DNA of 64,000 nucleotides. Source: Chiloscyllium plagiosum (lineage: Eukaryota). This document shows positions 22,740 to 34,525 of this stretch, piece after piece. The notes below the pieces were generated by a model that saw nothing but the letters and a program-made list of their open reading frames with translations, ran no database searches and was not told where the DNA came from. Location of the stretch: assembly GCF_004010195.1 (NCBI RefSeq), contig NC_057749.1, positions 17,781,597-17,845,596 of the forward strand, given 5' to 3'. A program made the position numbers and the translations under genes. Each line of letters opens with the position of its first letter. The first letter of the stretch is position 1.

Positions 22740-24399
22740 ATCAGATGGGGAGGACTAATGCTATTGCACATGAAGTAGACGTAGGGATGTTGTTTTGTTG
22801 GAGCAGTATTCCCTATCGGCTTAATCCTTTCAAAGCCAGACAGGTCCAGATGGAGGTGGAGGCCATGCTCAACGAGGACATCTTCCAACCAGGCCAGAGT
22901 GAGTGGAGTTCGCCGATCATCTTAGTTCCCAAACCGGACTGGACTCAGCAATTCTACGTGGATTATCTGAAGCTCAACGCCGTTACAAAATTGGATTCAT
23001 GCATTTCCTAGATTGGGAGAACTGTACTGAGAAAGTCGGACAAGCCAGTTACATTACGAAGTTGGACTTAATGCGTAGTTATTGGCAGGTACCTTTATCA
23101 GAGACAGTGAAATAAATTTCTGCATTTGTAGCCCCAAGTGGGCTGTATCAGTTTAAAGTGATGCCCTTTGGAATGAAGAACGCACCTGCCACATTCCAAA
23201 GACTCATGAACAGAGTTGTGGCTGGGTTANNNNNNNNNNNNNNNNNNNNNNNNNNNNNNNNNNNNNNNNNNNNNNNNNNNNNNNNNNNNNNNNNNNNNNN
23301 NNNNNNNNNNNNNNNNNNNNNNNNNNNNNNNNNNNNNNNNNNNNNNNNNNNNNNNNNNNNNNNNNNNNNNNNNNNNNNNNNNNNNNNNNNNNNNNNNNNN
23401 NNNNNNNNNNNNNNNNNNNNNNNNNNNNNNNNNNNNNNNNNNNNNNNNNNNNNNNNNNNNNNNNNNNNNNNNNNNNNNNNNNNNNNNNNNNNNNNNNNNN
23501 NNNNNNNNNNNNNNNNNNNNNNNNNNNNNNNNNNNNNNNNNNNNNNNNNNNNNNNNNNNNNNNNNNNNNNNNNNNNNNNNNNNNNNNNNNNNNNNNNNNN
23601 NNNNNNNNNNNNNNNNNNNNNNNNNNNNNNNNNNNNNNNNNNNNNNNNNNNNNNNNNNNNNNNNNNNNNNNNNNNNNNNNNNNNNNNNNNNNNNNNNNNN
23701 NNNNNNNNNNNNNNNNNNNNNNNNNNNNNNNNNNNNNNNNNNNNNNNNNNNNNNNNNNNNNNNNNNNNNNNNNNNNNNNNNNNNNNNNNNNNNNNNNNNN
23801 NNNNNNNNNNNNNNNNNNNNNNNNNNNNNNNNNNNNNNNNNNNNNNNNNNNNNNNNNNNNNNNNNNNNNNNNNNNNNNNNNNNNNNNNNNNNNNNNNNNN
23901 NTGTCACCGTTAACCGATTTGCTGAAGAAGAACACAAAGTTTCAGTAGAAAGAACTATCCCAGGAGGCATCAACCATTTGAAATCAATACCAACCACCAA
24001 GTCAGTTTTAGCTGCACCAAACTTTTCAAAATCTTTTAAAGTCGCCATCGATGCCAGTGACATAGGAGTTGGACCTGTATTCCCACAGGAAGATGAGGAT
24101 GGGATTGAACTGCCAGGTGGTTACTTTTCGAAGAAGATCAACATCCACCAGAGAAATACTCCACAATCAAAAAGGAACGATTGAGTTTGGTCCTGGTATT
24201 CCAACATTTTAATCTGTATGTCACAAACAATGTGTCGGAGGTGGTTGTATACACAGGTCACAATCCACTTACATTCTTCAAACACTTTAAAGACAAGAAT
24301 ATGACACTATATCATTGCAGTCTCATATTACAGACTTTAAAAACCATACATGTTGCAGGTCGTAAGAATGTAATTGCAGATGTGTTATCACAGATTTAA
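22740..24399 (+). pseudogene. pol: Reverse transcriptase + RNase H domains of pol (RT core in N gap)
   Basis: RT motifs PYRLNP, SEWSSPIILVPKPD, VDYLKLNAVT, KLDLMRSYWQVPL and [16 protein letters not shown]. RNase H motifs FKVAIDASDIGVG and GRKNVIADVLSQI-stop. Confidence 0.93.
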
Positions 24400-24571
24400 C
24401 TGAGAGTTTAGATGAGATTTGTATTTATTTAATGTTATATATATATATAGGTATATGGGAAGAAGTTAAGGTGAACTTATATTAAAGTTTCTATATGTTA
24501 GGGTAATGCAAGAGGAAAAAATACAATTATCTTTTCATTATGATGGTTCTTTTATTTCTTAAGGGGAGAAG

Positions 24572-25249
24572 TGTTATGAAGATGTGGGTGTAGTGTACCT
24601 TTAAGAGAGTTAAAAGCTAGTAGAACTACCTGACAGCACCGAGTGTTCTGAAAAAAAAACAATGTAACACTTGATTGAGCAACTGGAGACAAAAACAAAT
24701 TTGAATTCGGCCAATCAGTTTAAATTATACCCCAAAATACCCACCCCAATCACGTTTGAATTGAGTATATTGACAATCTTAAAAGCCAATGACACAATCC
24801 AATGCTTTGAGGGTATAAGACCGGGGAAAATTGAACAGTTGGGAGGAGAACTGTTAAGCCCAGCATGCAATGACTGCCAGAAAAATAGCTCTCATAAAGG
24901 TACCTTTATCGATCAGTAACCTGTGAAGCAGAATCTCCAAGATGAAGAAAAGAAGACAGGAATACAGAGAAGCTGCCTGGTTTTGAGATAAGAAATTTTG
25001 TTTTATAAATCTTAATCAGGATTTTTATCAGACCAGTATTGTAGAAGGGAAAGTAAAAGATAGGTTAGAGGAAGGAGTTTTAAATAGTTGTTAGTTAATT
25101 ATTCTCTGCTATACTTTAAGAAATAAAGTTGTTACTTTTACTTTAACTAGCTCTTGGCCTCTCGAATTTTCACAGATTACTGTGCGGGATAAATCTTTTC
25201 TGTGTCGCTGGTTTAACTTAAGCAGGGGGGTTTACCCCATGTCGTAACA
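24572..25249 (+). repeat. 3' LTR
   Basis: tgttatgaagatgtggg...gtcgtaaca, preceded by the PPT and followed by the TSD ctat. Confidence 0.96.
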
Positions 25250-26119
25250 CTATGGCACACCCATAAATGTTGGTGGGGGGGGGGGTTTGGTCTTGGTCGG
25301 AGGAGGTTGATGCTGTGACGTTGGGCGAGTGTGCAATGACTGATGAGGTCAGCAACTAAAATACCCACTGAGCCTCAGCATGACAATAATGGGTTAAAAC
25401 ATATGGGTCCAATTATACAGTTTAAACATTTAATGAACTCTTCCGCAGATTAATGACCCTAATTCTCAATTTGCTAAATGTTAATCTCTTCATTGTAATT
25501 TTAAGTAGGTCAGTTTAATACTTAATTATTTGCCAAGTACAGGGATTGAACCAGTGTAAATGTCAGGCTTTCTAAATTATTTGAAATGGTTCTCTTCCTT
25601 GTAAACCTGAACCAGGGTTGGGTGAACCAGCTTTTACTTCACACGCTGGCTACAAGATTACAGTTTCGAATGTTTGACCACATACAAAGTAAAGACAAAT
25701 GATCCCTGATTCCACTTTGAAAGATGACTTTGGGTCACAGGAGAAGATCTATTGGTGGGTGAGGGGGTAAGGTGTGGAGTGGCAATTGTTGGAAGTGGCC
25801 TGGGGAAGGAATTGGATTGTATAGAGGACCATGCAATGAATTTTGACAGCATTCTGCTTCAGTAGCTGACTATGTGGTGTCCTGCTGTCTGCCATTGGTC
25901 AGTCGTCATAACTGTGCACAGTATCTCTGAGCCAATGGTGTAGCTGTGACTGGTGAACATTGAAGAGAATGAACTGTATAATTGTCATTCAGTGAGACTG
26001 TAAGTGATTGGTTATCACTGCCCTCTTTTCCAGACCCTACTATGGACCTTTCTCTCTCTCTCTCTCTCACACTGTTAAATCTTCTCCTCTGAAATGTATA
26101 AGATTCAGTGAGATAGTTT

Positions 26120-26795
26120 CTCACTCTTTTGTACAGGTTGACACTTCCCTGAAGATGGCAACATAAGTGGATGAGATGGTCAAGGAGACACATGCATGCT
26201 TACCTTCATTGGTCAGGGCATAGAGTATAACAATTAGCAAGTCATGTGACAAGCGTGTAGATTTGGAATATTGTGCACAGTTCTGGTTAGCGCACTACCA
26301 GAAGGATCTGGAGACTTTAGAAAGGGCACAGAAATGGTTTTCCAGGATGGTTTAAAGGGTATTAACTATGAGGAGAGATTGGATAAACTTGGTTTGTTTT
26401 CACTTGAACATGGAAGGATGAAGGGCTACTAACAGAAATGAACACAATGATAAGGGGCATGGATAGAATAGATAGTCAGAGTCTTTTTCCCAGGATAGAA
26501 ATGTCAATTACTAGGGGATGCAAGTTTAAGGTAAAAAGGGATGAGTTTAAAGGAGATGTGAGAGTGAGGGTTTCTTTTACAGAGGGTGGTAAGTGCCAGG
26601 ACTGCACTACCAGATGAGATGGTGGAAAGGAATACAATAACAACATTTAAGACGGATATGTGAATAGGAAGGGAATCGAGGGATGGGGGTCATGTAGAGG
26701 CAAAAAACCCTTTAGTTTAGAAATATTTCATGTGTCATCACAGGCCTTTTGAGCTGAAGGGCCTGTTCCTGTGCTGTACTGTTCTTTGTTCTTCT
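26120..26795 (+). mobile_element. CR1/HER1 LINE 3' end
   Basis: ttggaatattgtgcacagttctgg (LEYCAQFW) ... tail gctgaagggcctgttcctgtgctgtactgttctttgttc. Confidence 0.85.
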
Positions 26796-27114
26796 CAACT
26801 AGAATTTGTCTCAGAGATATAGCTTACTCAGTCCGACAGCGATGGGTCTACCCTCCACACAAGTCTACGCCCCCCAATCTCTGTTCCTTCTTCATCTTCC
26901 CAACGGACCTCACACCATTCTTTCCCCTGCATGGACCGACCAGCTTGCTCAGGATGTATCGACACTATTCACCTGAAGCCCTCCCTGTGACAGGGAGCTT
27001 CACATGCCCCACTGCTTCTTGGGTCAACGTGCTCCTCCTGAATTCATTGTTTCATTTTTATTAAGAGCTTCTTTTTAAATCCATTCTTCTCAGTTTTCTA
27101 AATGCCCTGGATCT

Positions 27115-27775
27115 TAGAAACATGGAAACCTAGAGATAGGAGCAGGAGTATGCCATTCGGCCCCACGAGACTGCTCCACCATTCAATTCAAGGCTGACCA
27201 TTGAGCTCCATACCCTAATCCTCCCCTTCCCTCAAATCCCTTGATCCCTTTAGCCACGAGAGTGAAATTTATTTACCTCCATCTTGGTGGCTCGATGGCT
27301 AGCACTGCTGCCCCATGGGGCCAGGAACACGGGTTCGATTCCAGCCTCAGGTGACTGTCTGTGTGGGTTTCCTCAGATGCTCCAGTTTCCGTCCAAAGAT
27401 GTGCAGGATAGGGTGGATTGGGCATAGGAAATTGCCTGTAGTTCCCAGGGATGTGCAGCTAGGTGGATTAGCTGGGGGAAATGCAGGGTTACAGGGATTG
27501 GGTAAAGGGTTGATTTTGGGTAGGATGCTGTTCAGTGTAAACCTGATGGGCTGAATAACCTGCCTCCACACTGTAAGGATTCTATATTTTGTCCTGAATC
27601 ACTTTCTGTGGTGGTGAATTCCACAGGCTGCACAGTTTCTGGCTGAAGAAATTTTTCCTGATCTCAATCCTAAAAGGTTTACCCCTTATCCTTAACCTAT
27701 GATCCCTTGTTCCGGACACCTCCAACCATTGGGAACATCCTTCCTGTGTCTATCCCTGTCTAGGAGTTTTGCAAT
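27115..27775 (-). mobile_element. CR1 3' end containing a nested V-SINE
   Basis: Reverse CR1 tail (ataggagcaggagtatgccattcggccc...) resumes after 27590 (gaattccacagg...). Confidence 0.7.
27285..27585 (+). mobile_element. Diverged HE1-type V-SINE
   Basis: ggtggctcgatggctagcactgctgcc...gggttcgattccagcctc...ccacactgtaaggattcta. Confidence 0.8.
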
Positions 27776-27863
27776 GCCTCCTTACTGGCATGGACACCCA
27801 CTCCACATTGGGCAGGGAGATGGGATCTCTCCCCAGCTGCTCTCTTGGATTAATGTGCCAGAT

Positions 27864-28001
27864 GTGTTCTTCATTCCTGAAGAAGGGCTAATGCCCGAAA
27901 CGTCGATTCTCCTGTTCCCTAGATGCTGCCTGACCTGCTGCGCTTTTCCAGCAACACATTTCCATCTCTGATCTCCAGCATCTGCAGACCTCACTTTCTC
28001 C
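27864..28001 (+). mobile_element. PLE family A terminus with hammerhead core (27877-27904)
   Basis: CTGAAGA-A-GGGC-taat-GCCC-GAAA-C-GTC. A 14-bp TSD ttaatgtgccagat lies at 27850-27863 and 28002-28015. Confidence 0.85.
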
Positions 28002-28624
28002 TTAATGTGCCAGATCCCATGGCAATACCCAAGGAGCTTTGGTTTCCTCCTTTATCCTGAAGTGTTCTTATACACAGTGAGTGTCTTCCTCTCCACAATC
28101 ACCACCCATGAATTTTTTTCATCTATTCACCAGCACCATCAGTAAATCCCCTGTGCTTTCTAATTTATATGCAAAACCTACTAAGGGTCAAGCAGCAAAG
28201 AGCTTTGTTAATACAGCAACCAATTAAGCAAGCAATTGGGGTTAATTGATTAATTAAGCAATTGGATAGGTAGACATTGTGAACCATCAACGCTCTCGAT
28301 GCCTTCAGAGAGGGAGAGATGTGCACCAGAAGGGCTGGATTACCTTATTACCCCTTTCAATTTCATTTTAATTTGGTCCTCTTCCCTCTCTCTCTACCTT
28401 GCCCTTACTTTTGTTATTGTTACCTCACCCATGATGCTCTGTCCTCATAAATTGCCCTTGTCATTAGATACATGGGTAATTTGCTGATGGTAAAATTGAT
28501 ATTCAAAGATGTGTAATAGTATTACTGAGCAGAAAAAGGATGAAGTATAAACGGGGAGTGGAGGCTAGTGTGTGAAAGGAGCTGTAAGACTGAGTAATTG
28601 ATAAACTCCAACCAAAAAAGATGT

Positions 28625-28996
28625 CTTTACAGAATCCCTACAGTGTGGCAACAGGCCCTTTGGCCCAAAAAGACCACACTGACCCTCCGAAGAGTAACCC
28701 ACACACATCCATTCCTATTAATCTGCATTTACCCCTGACTAATGCACCAAAACCTACACATCCCTGAACAACTTAGGATGGTCAATCCACCTAGCTTTGG
28801 ATTATGGGAGGAAACCAGAGCAAACCCACACAGACACAGGGAGAATGTGCAAACTCCACACAGACACGGGGAGAATGTGTAAACTCCACACAGACACAGG
28901 GAGAATGTGCAAATTCCACGCAGACAGTCATTCAAGGCTGGAATTGAACCTGGGTCCCTGGTGCTGTGAGGCAGCAGTGCTAACCACTGAGCCACT
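28625..28996 (-). mobile_element. HE1-type V-SINE with internal 30-bp triplication
   Basis: Reverse HE1; acacagacacrgggagaatgtgyaaactcc occurs three times at ~28828-28920. Confidence 0.9.
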
Positions 28997-29039
28997 CAGC
29001 CTTGCTTTTAGTCTTGCTGACTGCTTAGGTCCAAATGGA

Positions 29040-29240
29040 CAAAGTTCTCTGTTGTGTCCTGGTTAACCTTCAATCATCATCCCAGAACAAATGACCTGGT
29101 CATTACCTCATTGCTATTTGCTGGGAGCTTACTATACACACGTTGGTTTTCATGTTCCTGAATTTAGGATGTCGACTACACTCTGAAATGTGCTCCACTG
29201 TCTGTGACAAGCACTATATAAATGCAAATGTTTTAGTTTT
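29040..29240 (+). mobile_element. DeuSINE (SacSINE1/AmnSINE1-like) 3' relic
   Basis: ggtcattacctcattgctatttgctgggagctt...gactacact...gcactatataaatgcaa resembles the Deu-domain/tail consensus. Related relics are near 15140-15190, 29990-30065, 38860-39150, 43560-44080 and 45360-45445. Confidence 0.6.
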
Positions 29241-29756
29241 TCCTTCTGAGCTTGCTGATCCAGCCCAGCACAGGCATCCACTTGATGTTTCTGCCACACT
29301 CAGTTAGACCCCTCAATGTCCAGCTGAGAATGATGTGTATCTGAAAATGCCATTGAGCCTGGAATATCCAATGGGAATGTTAGTGACACCGAATTTTTTG
29401 GAGGGGAACACCAGCTCCTGTTTATTGCAATCCTACTGCTTGTGTTTAGAAATCATGTCAGAGAATATGCTAACATCCATCTATCAACTTCTGTATAAAT
29501 AGATACCATTAGAATCCATTCAATGGTTCCTGTCCATCACTACCTCAAACTGACTTTGACCGACAGAGAAGAACAGATCATTTAACTTTGACTGTGAGCC
29601 ATTTACATGCATGTACTGTGTGATTAACGATCAGAGAAACGCATTAGGACAGATTTCATGATAAGCCTGTTGGTGATATAATCTAAGTCTTGTTGCAGCA
29701 CCCTTATCAACCCTATCTTATTTTTTCTTTCTTGTTGTATATCTTGTCCCTCTCAG

Positions 29757-29821
29757 AATGACCAATGTTAGTCCTACCAAGAATGGATTTTACATTAGCA
29801 AGTTCCCAGCAATACAATGCT
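29757..29821 (+). CDS. Candidate 65-bp internal exon of an unidentified gene
   Basis: Long polypyrimidine tract ending tctcAG, consensus donor GTGAGT, and only one open frame (xMTNVSPTKNGFYISKFPAIQC). No protein recognised. Confidence 0.3.
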
Positions 29822-30439
29822 GTGAGTACACTAGCCCATCATCAGCTCCCCGTGGCTACTTCCCCTATCAGCCCGGGCAGCACTTGCAAAGGTATCGCCA
29901 GCCCACTACCCTTGGACCACAATCAGTCAAAGTCCTTGTTACTAAATACTCTCTAACATTCCCTCTTTGTAAGTGGATGTTAATTAAAAAGCAAAAGAAA
30001 GATTTACATTTCTGTAGCACTTTTCACAATCTGAGTGTCCCAAAATGTTTCACAGCCAATTAAATGTGTCCAACGGTAGGGATGATGCCTTCTGTAGTGT
30101 AATAGCCCACTAACTTCCACTCTCTAAAACCCCAAAGCAGGAAGAGCCATTGGAGGTAGGTTACAGAAACACCAAGTGGCTATGGAAGATATACATCAAT
30201 AAGACCTTAGGAAGGTAAGGGCCACCGGGAGGTTGAAAGTGTGGGAATGAAGTATTGAGCACAGACCTCATCCTGTGTTCCTGGAGTGGGACTTGAACTC
30301 CGAACTGGCTGCAATCTGAGTGTAGCTACTCTGAACTCAATCCAGGAATTAGTGTGATGGAGTCTGTGCTAGCTTTCTCTATTGTTACTGGTATGGTTCC
30401 TCCAAATCCTTCTCAGTTAGTGGTATCTATAGAACCAGT

Positions 30440-33420
30440 AGAAAAGAACAGCACTGAAAGAGGTCATTCGGCCCATCACGTCTACACAAGCTGCAGTTAA
30501 AAACCCCATTGTCAATTCTGATCCTGACTTTCAGCACCCACTCGCAGCCTTGCAGTGGTGAGATCCTGGTACCTGCCTTACAGAGGTGAGATCCTGGTAC
30601 CTGCCTTACAGTGGTGAGATCCTGATATCTGCCTTACAGAGGTGAGACCCTGGTATCTGCCTTACAGAGGTGAGATCCTGGTACCTGCCTTACTGAGGTG
30701 AGATCCTGGTACCTGCCTTACAGTGGTGAGATCCTGGTACCTGCCTTACAGAGGTGAGATCCTGGTACCTGCCTTACAGAGGTGAGATCCTGGTACCTGC
30801 CTTACAGAGGTGAGATCCTGGTACCTGCCTTACAGAGGTGAGATCCTGGTACCTGCCTTACAGAGGTGAGATCCTGGTACCTGCCTTACAGAGGTGAGAT
30901 CCTGGTACCTGCCTTACAGAGGTGAGATCCTGGTACCTGCCTTACAGAGGTGAGATCCTGGTACCTGCCTTACAGAGGTGAGATCCTGGTACCTGCCTTA
31001 CAGAGGTGAGATCCTGGTACCTGCCTTACAGAGGTGAGATCCTGGTACCTGCCTTACAGAGGTGAGATCCTGGTACCTGCCTTACAGAGGTGAGATCCTG
31101 GTACCTGCCTTACAGAGGTGAGATCCTGGTACCTGCCTTACAGAGGTGAGATCCTGGTACCTGCCTTACAGAGGTGAGATCCTGGTACCTGCCTTACAGA
31201 GGTGAGATCCTGGTACCTGCCTTACAGAGGTGAGATCCTGGTACCTGCCTTACAGAGGTGAGATCCTGGTACCTGCCTTACAGAGGTGAGATCCTGGTAC
31301 CTGCCTTACAGAGGTGAGATCCTGGTACCTGCCTTACAGAGGTGAGATCCTGGTACCTGCCTTACAGAGGTGAGATCCTGGTACCTGCCTTACAGAGGTG
31401 AGATCCTGGTACCTGCCTTACAGAGGTGAGATCCTGGTACCTGCCTTACAGAGGTGAGATCCTGGTACCTGCCTTACAGAGGTGAGATCCTGGTACCTGC
31501 CTTACAGAGGTGAGATCCTGGTACCTGCCTTACAGAGGTGAGATCCTGGTACCTGCCTTACAGAGGTGAGATCCTGGTACCTGCCTTACAGAGGTGAGAT
31601 CCTGGTACCTGCCTTACAGAGGTGAGATCCTGGTACCTGCCTTACAGAGGTGAGATCCTGGTACCTGCCTTACAGAGGTGAGATCCTGGTACCTGCCTTA
31701 CAGAGGTGAGATCCTGGTACCTGCCTTACAGAGGTGAGATCCTGGTACCTGCCTTACAGAGGTGAGATCCTGGTACCTGCCTTACAGAGGTGAGATCCTG
31801 GTACCTGCCTTACAGAGGTGAGATCCTGGTACCTGCCTTACAGAGGTGAGATCCTGGTACCTGCCTTACAGAGGTGAGATCCTGGTACCTGCCTTACAGA
31901 GGTGAGATCCTGGTACCTGCCTTACAGAGGTGAGATCCTGGTACCTGCCTTACAGAGGTGAGATCCTGGTACCTGCCTTACAGAGGTGAGATCCTGGTAC
32001 CTGCCTTACAGAGGTGAGATCCTGGTACCTGCCTTACAGAGGTGAGATCCTGGTACCTGCCTTACAGAGGTGAGATCCTGGTACCTGCCTTACAGAGGTG
32101 AGATCCTGGTACCTGCCTTACAGAGGTGAGATCCTGGTACCTGCCTTACAGAGGTGAGATCCTGGTACCTGCCTTACAGAGGTGAGATCCTGGTACCTGC
32201 CTTACAGAGGTGAGATCCTGGTACCTGCCTTACAGAGGTGAGATCCTGGTACCTGCCTTACAGAGGTGAGATCCTGGTACCTGCCTTACAGAGGTGAGAT
32301 CCTGGTACCTGCCTTACAGAGGTGAGATCCTGGTACCTGCCTTACAGAGGTGAGATCCTGGTACCTGCCTTACAGAGGTGAGATCCTGGTACCTGCCTTA
32401 CAGAGGTGAGATCCTGGTACCTGCCTTACAGAGGTGAGATCCTGGTACCTGCCTTACAGAGGTGAGATCCTGGTACCTGCCTTACAGAGGTGAGATCCTG
32501 GTACCTGCCTTACAGAGGTGAGATCCTGGTACCTGCCTTACAGAGGTGAGATCCTGGTACCTGCCTTACAGAGGTGAGATCCTGGTACCTGCCTTACAGA
32601 GGTGAGATCCTGGTACCTGCCTTACAGAGGTGAGATCCTGGTACCTGCCTTACAGAGGTGAGATCCTGGTACCTGCCTTACAGAGGTGAGATCCTGGTAC
32701 CTGCCTTACAGAGGTGAGATCCTGGTACCTGCCTTACAGAGGTGAGATCCTGGTACCTGCCTTACAGAGGTGAGATCCTGGTACCTGCCTTACAGAGGTG
32801 AGACCCTGGTATCTGCCTTACTGAGGTGAGATCCTGGTACCTGCCTTACAGAGGTGAGATCCTGGTACCTGCCTTACAGAGGTGAGATACTGGTACCTGC
32901 CTTACTGAGGTGAGATCCTGGTACCTGCCTTACAGAGGTGAGATCCTGGTACCTGCCTTACAGTGGTGAGATCCTGGTACCTGCCTTACAGTGGTGAGAT
33001 ACTGGTACCTGCCTTACAGTGGTGAGATACTGGTACCTGCCTTACAGAGATGAGATCCTGGTACCTGCCTTACAGAGGTGAGATCCTGGTACCTGCCTTA
33101 CAGTGGTGAGATACTGGTACCTGCCTTACAGAGGTGAGATCCTGATATCTGCCTTACAGAGGTGAGATCCTGGTACCTGCCTTGCAGTGGTGAGATCCTG
33201 GTACCTGCCTTGCAGTGGTGAGATCCTGGTACCTCGTAAACAGGTTGGAGGTAACTGTCTCAACCTCCAAACTGGGCGGTGAATTCCAGACACCCAATCC
33301 CCTCTTTATCCTCATGTCCCCTCTACCCCTTCTATCCATCACCTTAAACCTGTACCCTCTGATAACTGCCCTCCACTAGGGCAAATGGGTCTTCTCTGTC
33401 CATTCTACCCAAGCCCTTGG
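30440..33420 (-). mobile_element. CR1 3' end that hosts the 28-bp satellite
   Basis: A reverse CR1 tail lies on the left (agaacagcactgaaagaggtcattcggcccatc). The CR1 body continues on the right (gaattccagacaccc...accttaaacctgtaccctct; ORF 33154..33342 ...GVWNSPPSLEVET...FTRY). Confidence 0.72.
30547..33233. repeat. 28-bp tandem satellite, ~96 units
   Basis: Unit AGAGGTGAGATCCTGGTACCTGCCTTAC. The period is 28 (the line pattern recurs every 420 bp). The core is homogeneous and the edges are variant. Confidence 0.99.
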
Positions 33421-33424
33421 TTAT

Positions 33425-34080
33425 TTTGATTTGATTTGAATTGATTTATTGTAGTCACCTATACTGAAGTACAGTGAAGGGTTTCGTTTTACGAGCAGTA
33501 CAGGGTGATTGTTGCAAACAAGGACCTACAGATCATAGGGTGTTTAGACAGAGTGAGGCAGACAGGGTTACAGCTGCACAGGAGGGACACAAAGCAAGAT
33601 CAGCATTAGGTTTGGAATTAGAGAGGTCTGTTCATCAGTCTAATAACAGCAGCAAGGAAGAAACTGTTCCTGAACCTGTTGGTGTGTGTTCAAGCTTGTG
33701 TATCTTCTGCCTGATGGAAGGGGTTGTAGGAGAGCATTACCGAGGTGGGAGGGGTCTTTGATGATATTGGCGGCCCTTCCACAGCAACAAGAAGAGTAGG
33801 TGGAGTCCATGGATGGCAGGTTGGATTCCGTGATGGTCTGGGCTGTGCACACCACCTACTGCAGTTTCTTACAGTTCTGGGCAGAGGCGTTACCGTACCA
33901 GGCACCCAGATAGTATGCTGTCAATGGTATATCTGTAAAGGTTGGAGAGGGTTCTTATGGACAGGCAGAATTTCCTGAGCGTCCCGAGGATGAAGAGGCG
34001 TTCTTGTGCTTTCTTCACTGTCACATCAACGTGGGTGGTCCAGGACAAGTTGATTATCGTCTTTCCCGAGGACCTTGATG
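33425..34080 (-). mobile_element. Rex1/Babar-like LINE 3' end
   Basis: ORF 33640..33855 TAQTITESNLPSMDSTY...IIKDPSHLGNALLQPLPSGRRYTSL, with an (ATCAA)-like tail at ~33425-33450. Confidence 0.85.
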
Positions 34081-34084
34081 CAGA

Positions 34085-34265
34085 CCCCCTGTGTACCTCA
34101 GACCCGCTCTACCTCTGACCCTCTCCACCTCAGACTCCCTCTACCTCTGACCCTCTCCACCTCAGACTCCCTCTACCTCTGACCCTCGCTACCTCAGACC
34201 CGCTCTACCTCTGACCCTCTCCACCTCAGACTCCCTCTACCTCTGACCCTCGCTACCTCAGCTCC
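34085..34265. repeat. ~16/32-bp pyrimidine-rich minisatellite
   Basis: acctcagactccctct / acctctgaccctctcc alternating units. Confidence 0.85.
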
Positions 34266-34269
34266 GTTG

Positions 34270-34525
34270 ATCTGGATGCTTTGTTCAGCTCAACTCCATC
34301 ACCCCTCAATGTCCTCCATTCTGAAAGAATCGAACACAGGCCATCCACACTTTCCTCACACCACCAATTTTCCAGCTCTGGTAAATTTCCTCCTGTGTAC
34401 TCTCTCTCTATTGCTATTATTTTTGTCTTGTAATATAGTGACAAGAGCTGTAGACAGAATTCCAGCTGTGGCTTAAACAGTGACTTATACAGTCCCAGCA
34501 TTACCTCCCTGTTTTTATATTCCAA
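34270..34525 (-). mobile_element. Old CR1 RT C-terminal fragment
   Basis: MEYKNREVMLGLYKSLFKPQLEFCLQL. Confidence 0.8.

Larger units (their letters stand above)
18236..25249 (+). mobile_element. Full-length decayed Ty3/gypsy LTR retrotransposon, Gmr1-like (PR-IN-RT-RH order)
   Basis: The element has TGTTA...TAACA termini, a 4-bp TSD CTAT (18232-18235, 25250-25253) and two homologous ~680-bp LTRs. It also has PPT aaggggagaag (24561-24571) and gag, protease, integrase, RT and RNase H motifs in that order. Confidence 0.96.

Noticed and set aside
18236..25249. Endogenous retrovirus or domesticated SCAN/gag gene
   Set aside because: There is no room for env between RNase H (24399) and the PPT (24561), the motifs are gypsy-like, and all frames are broken.
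30547..33233. CRISPR-like array (28-bp repeats with a palindromic core)
   Set aside because: Units are head-to-tail with no unique spacers, there are no cas genes, and the context is vertebrate.
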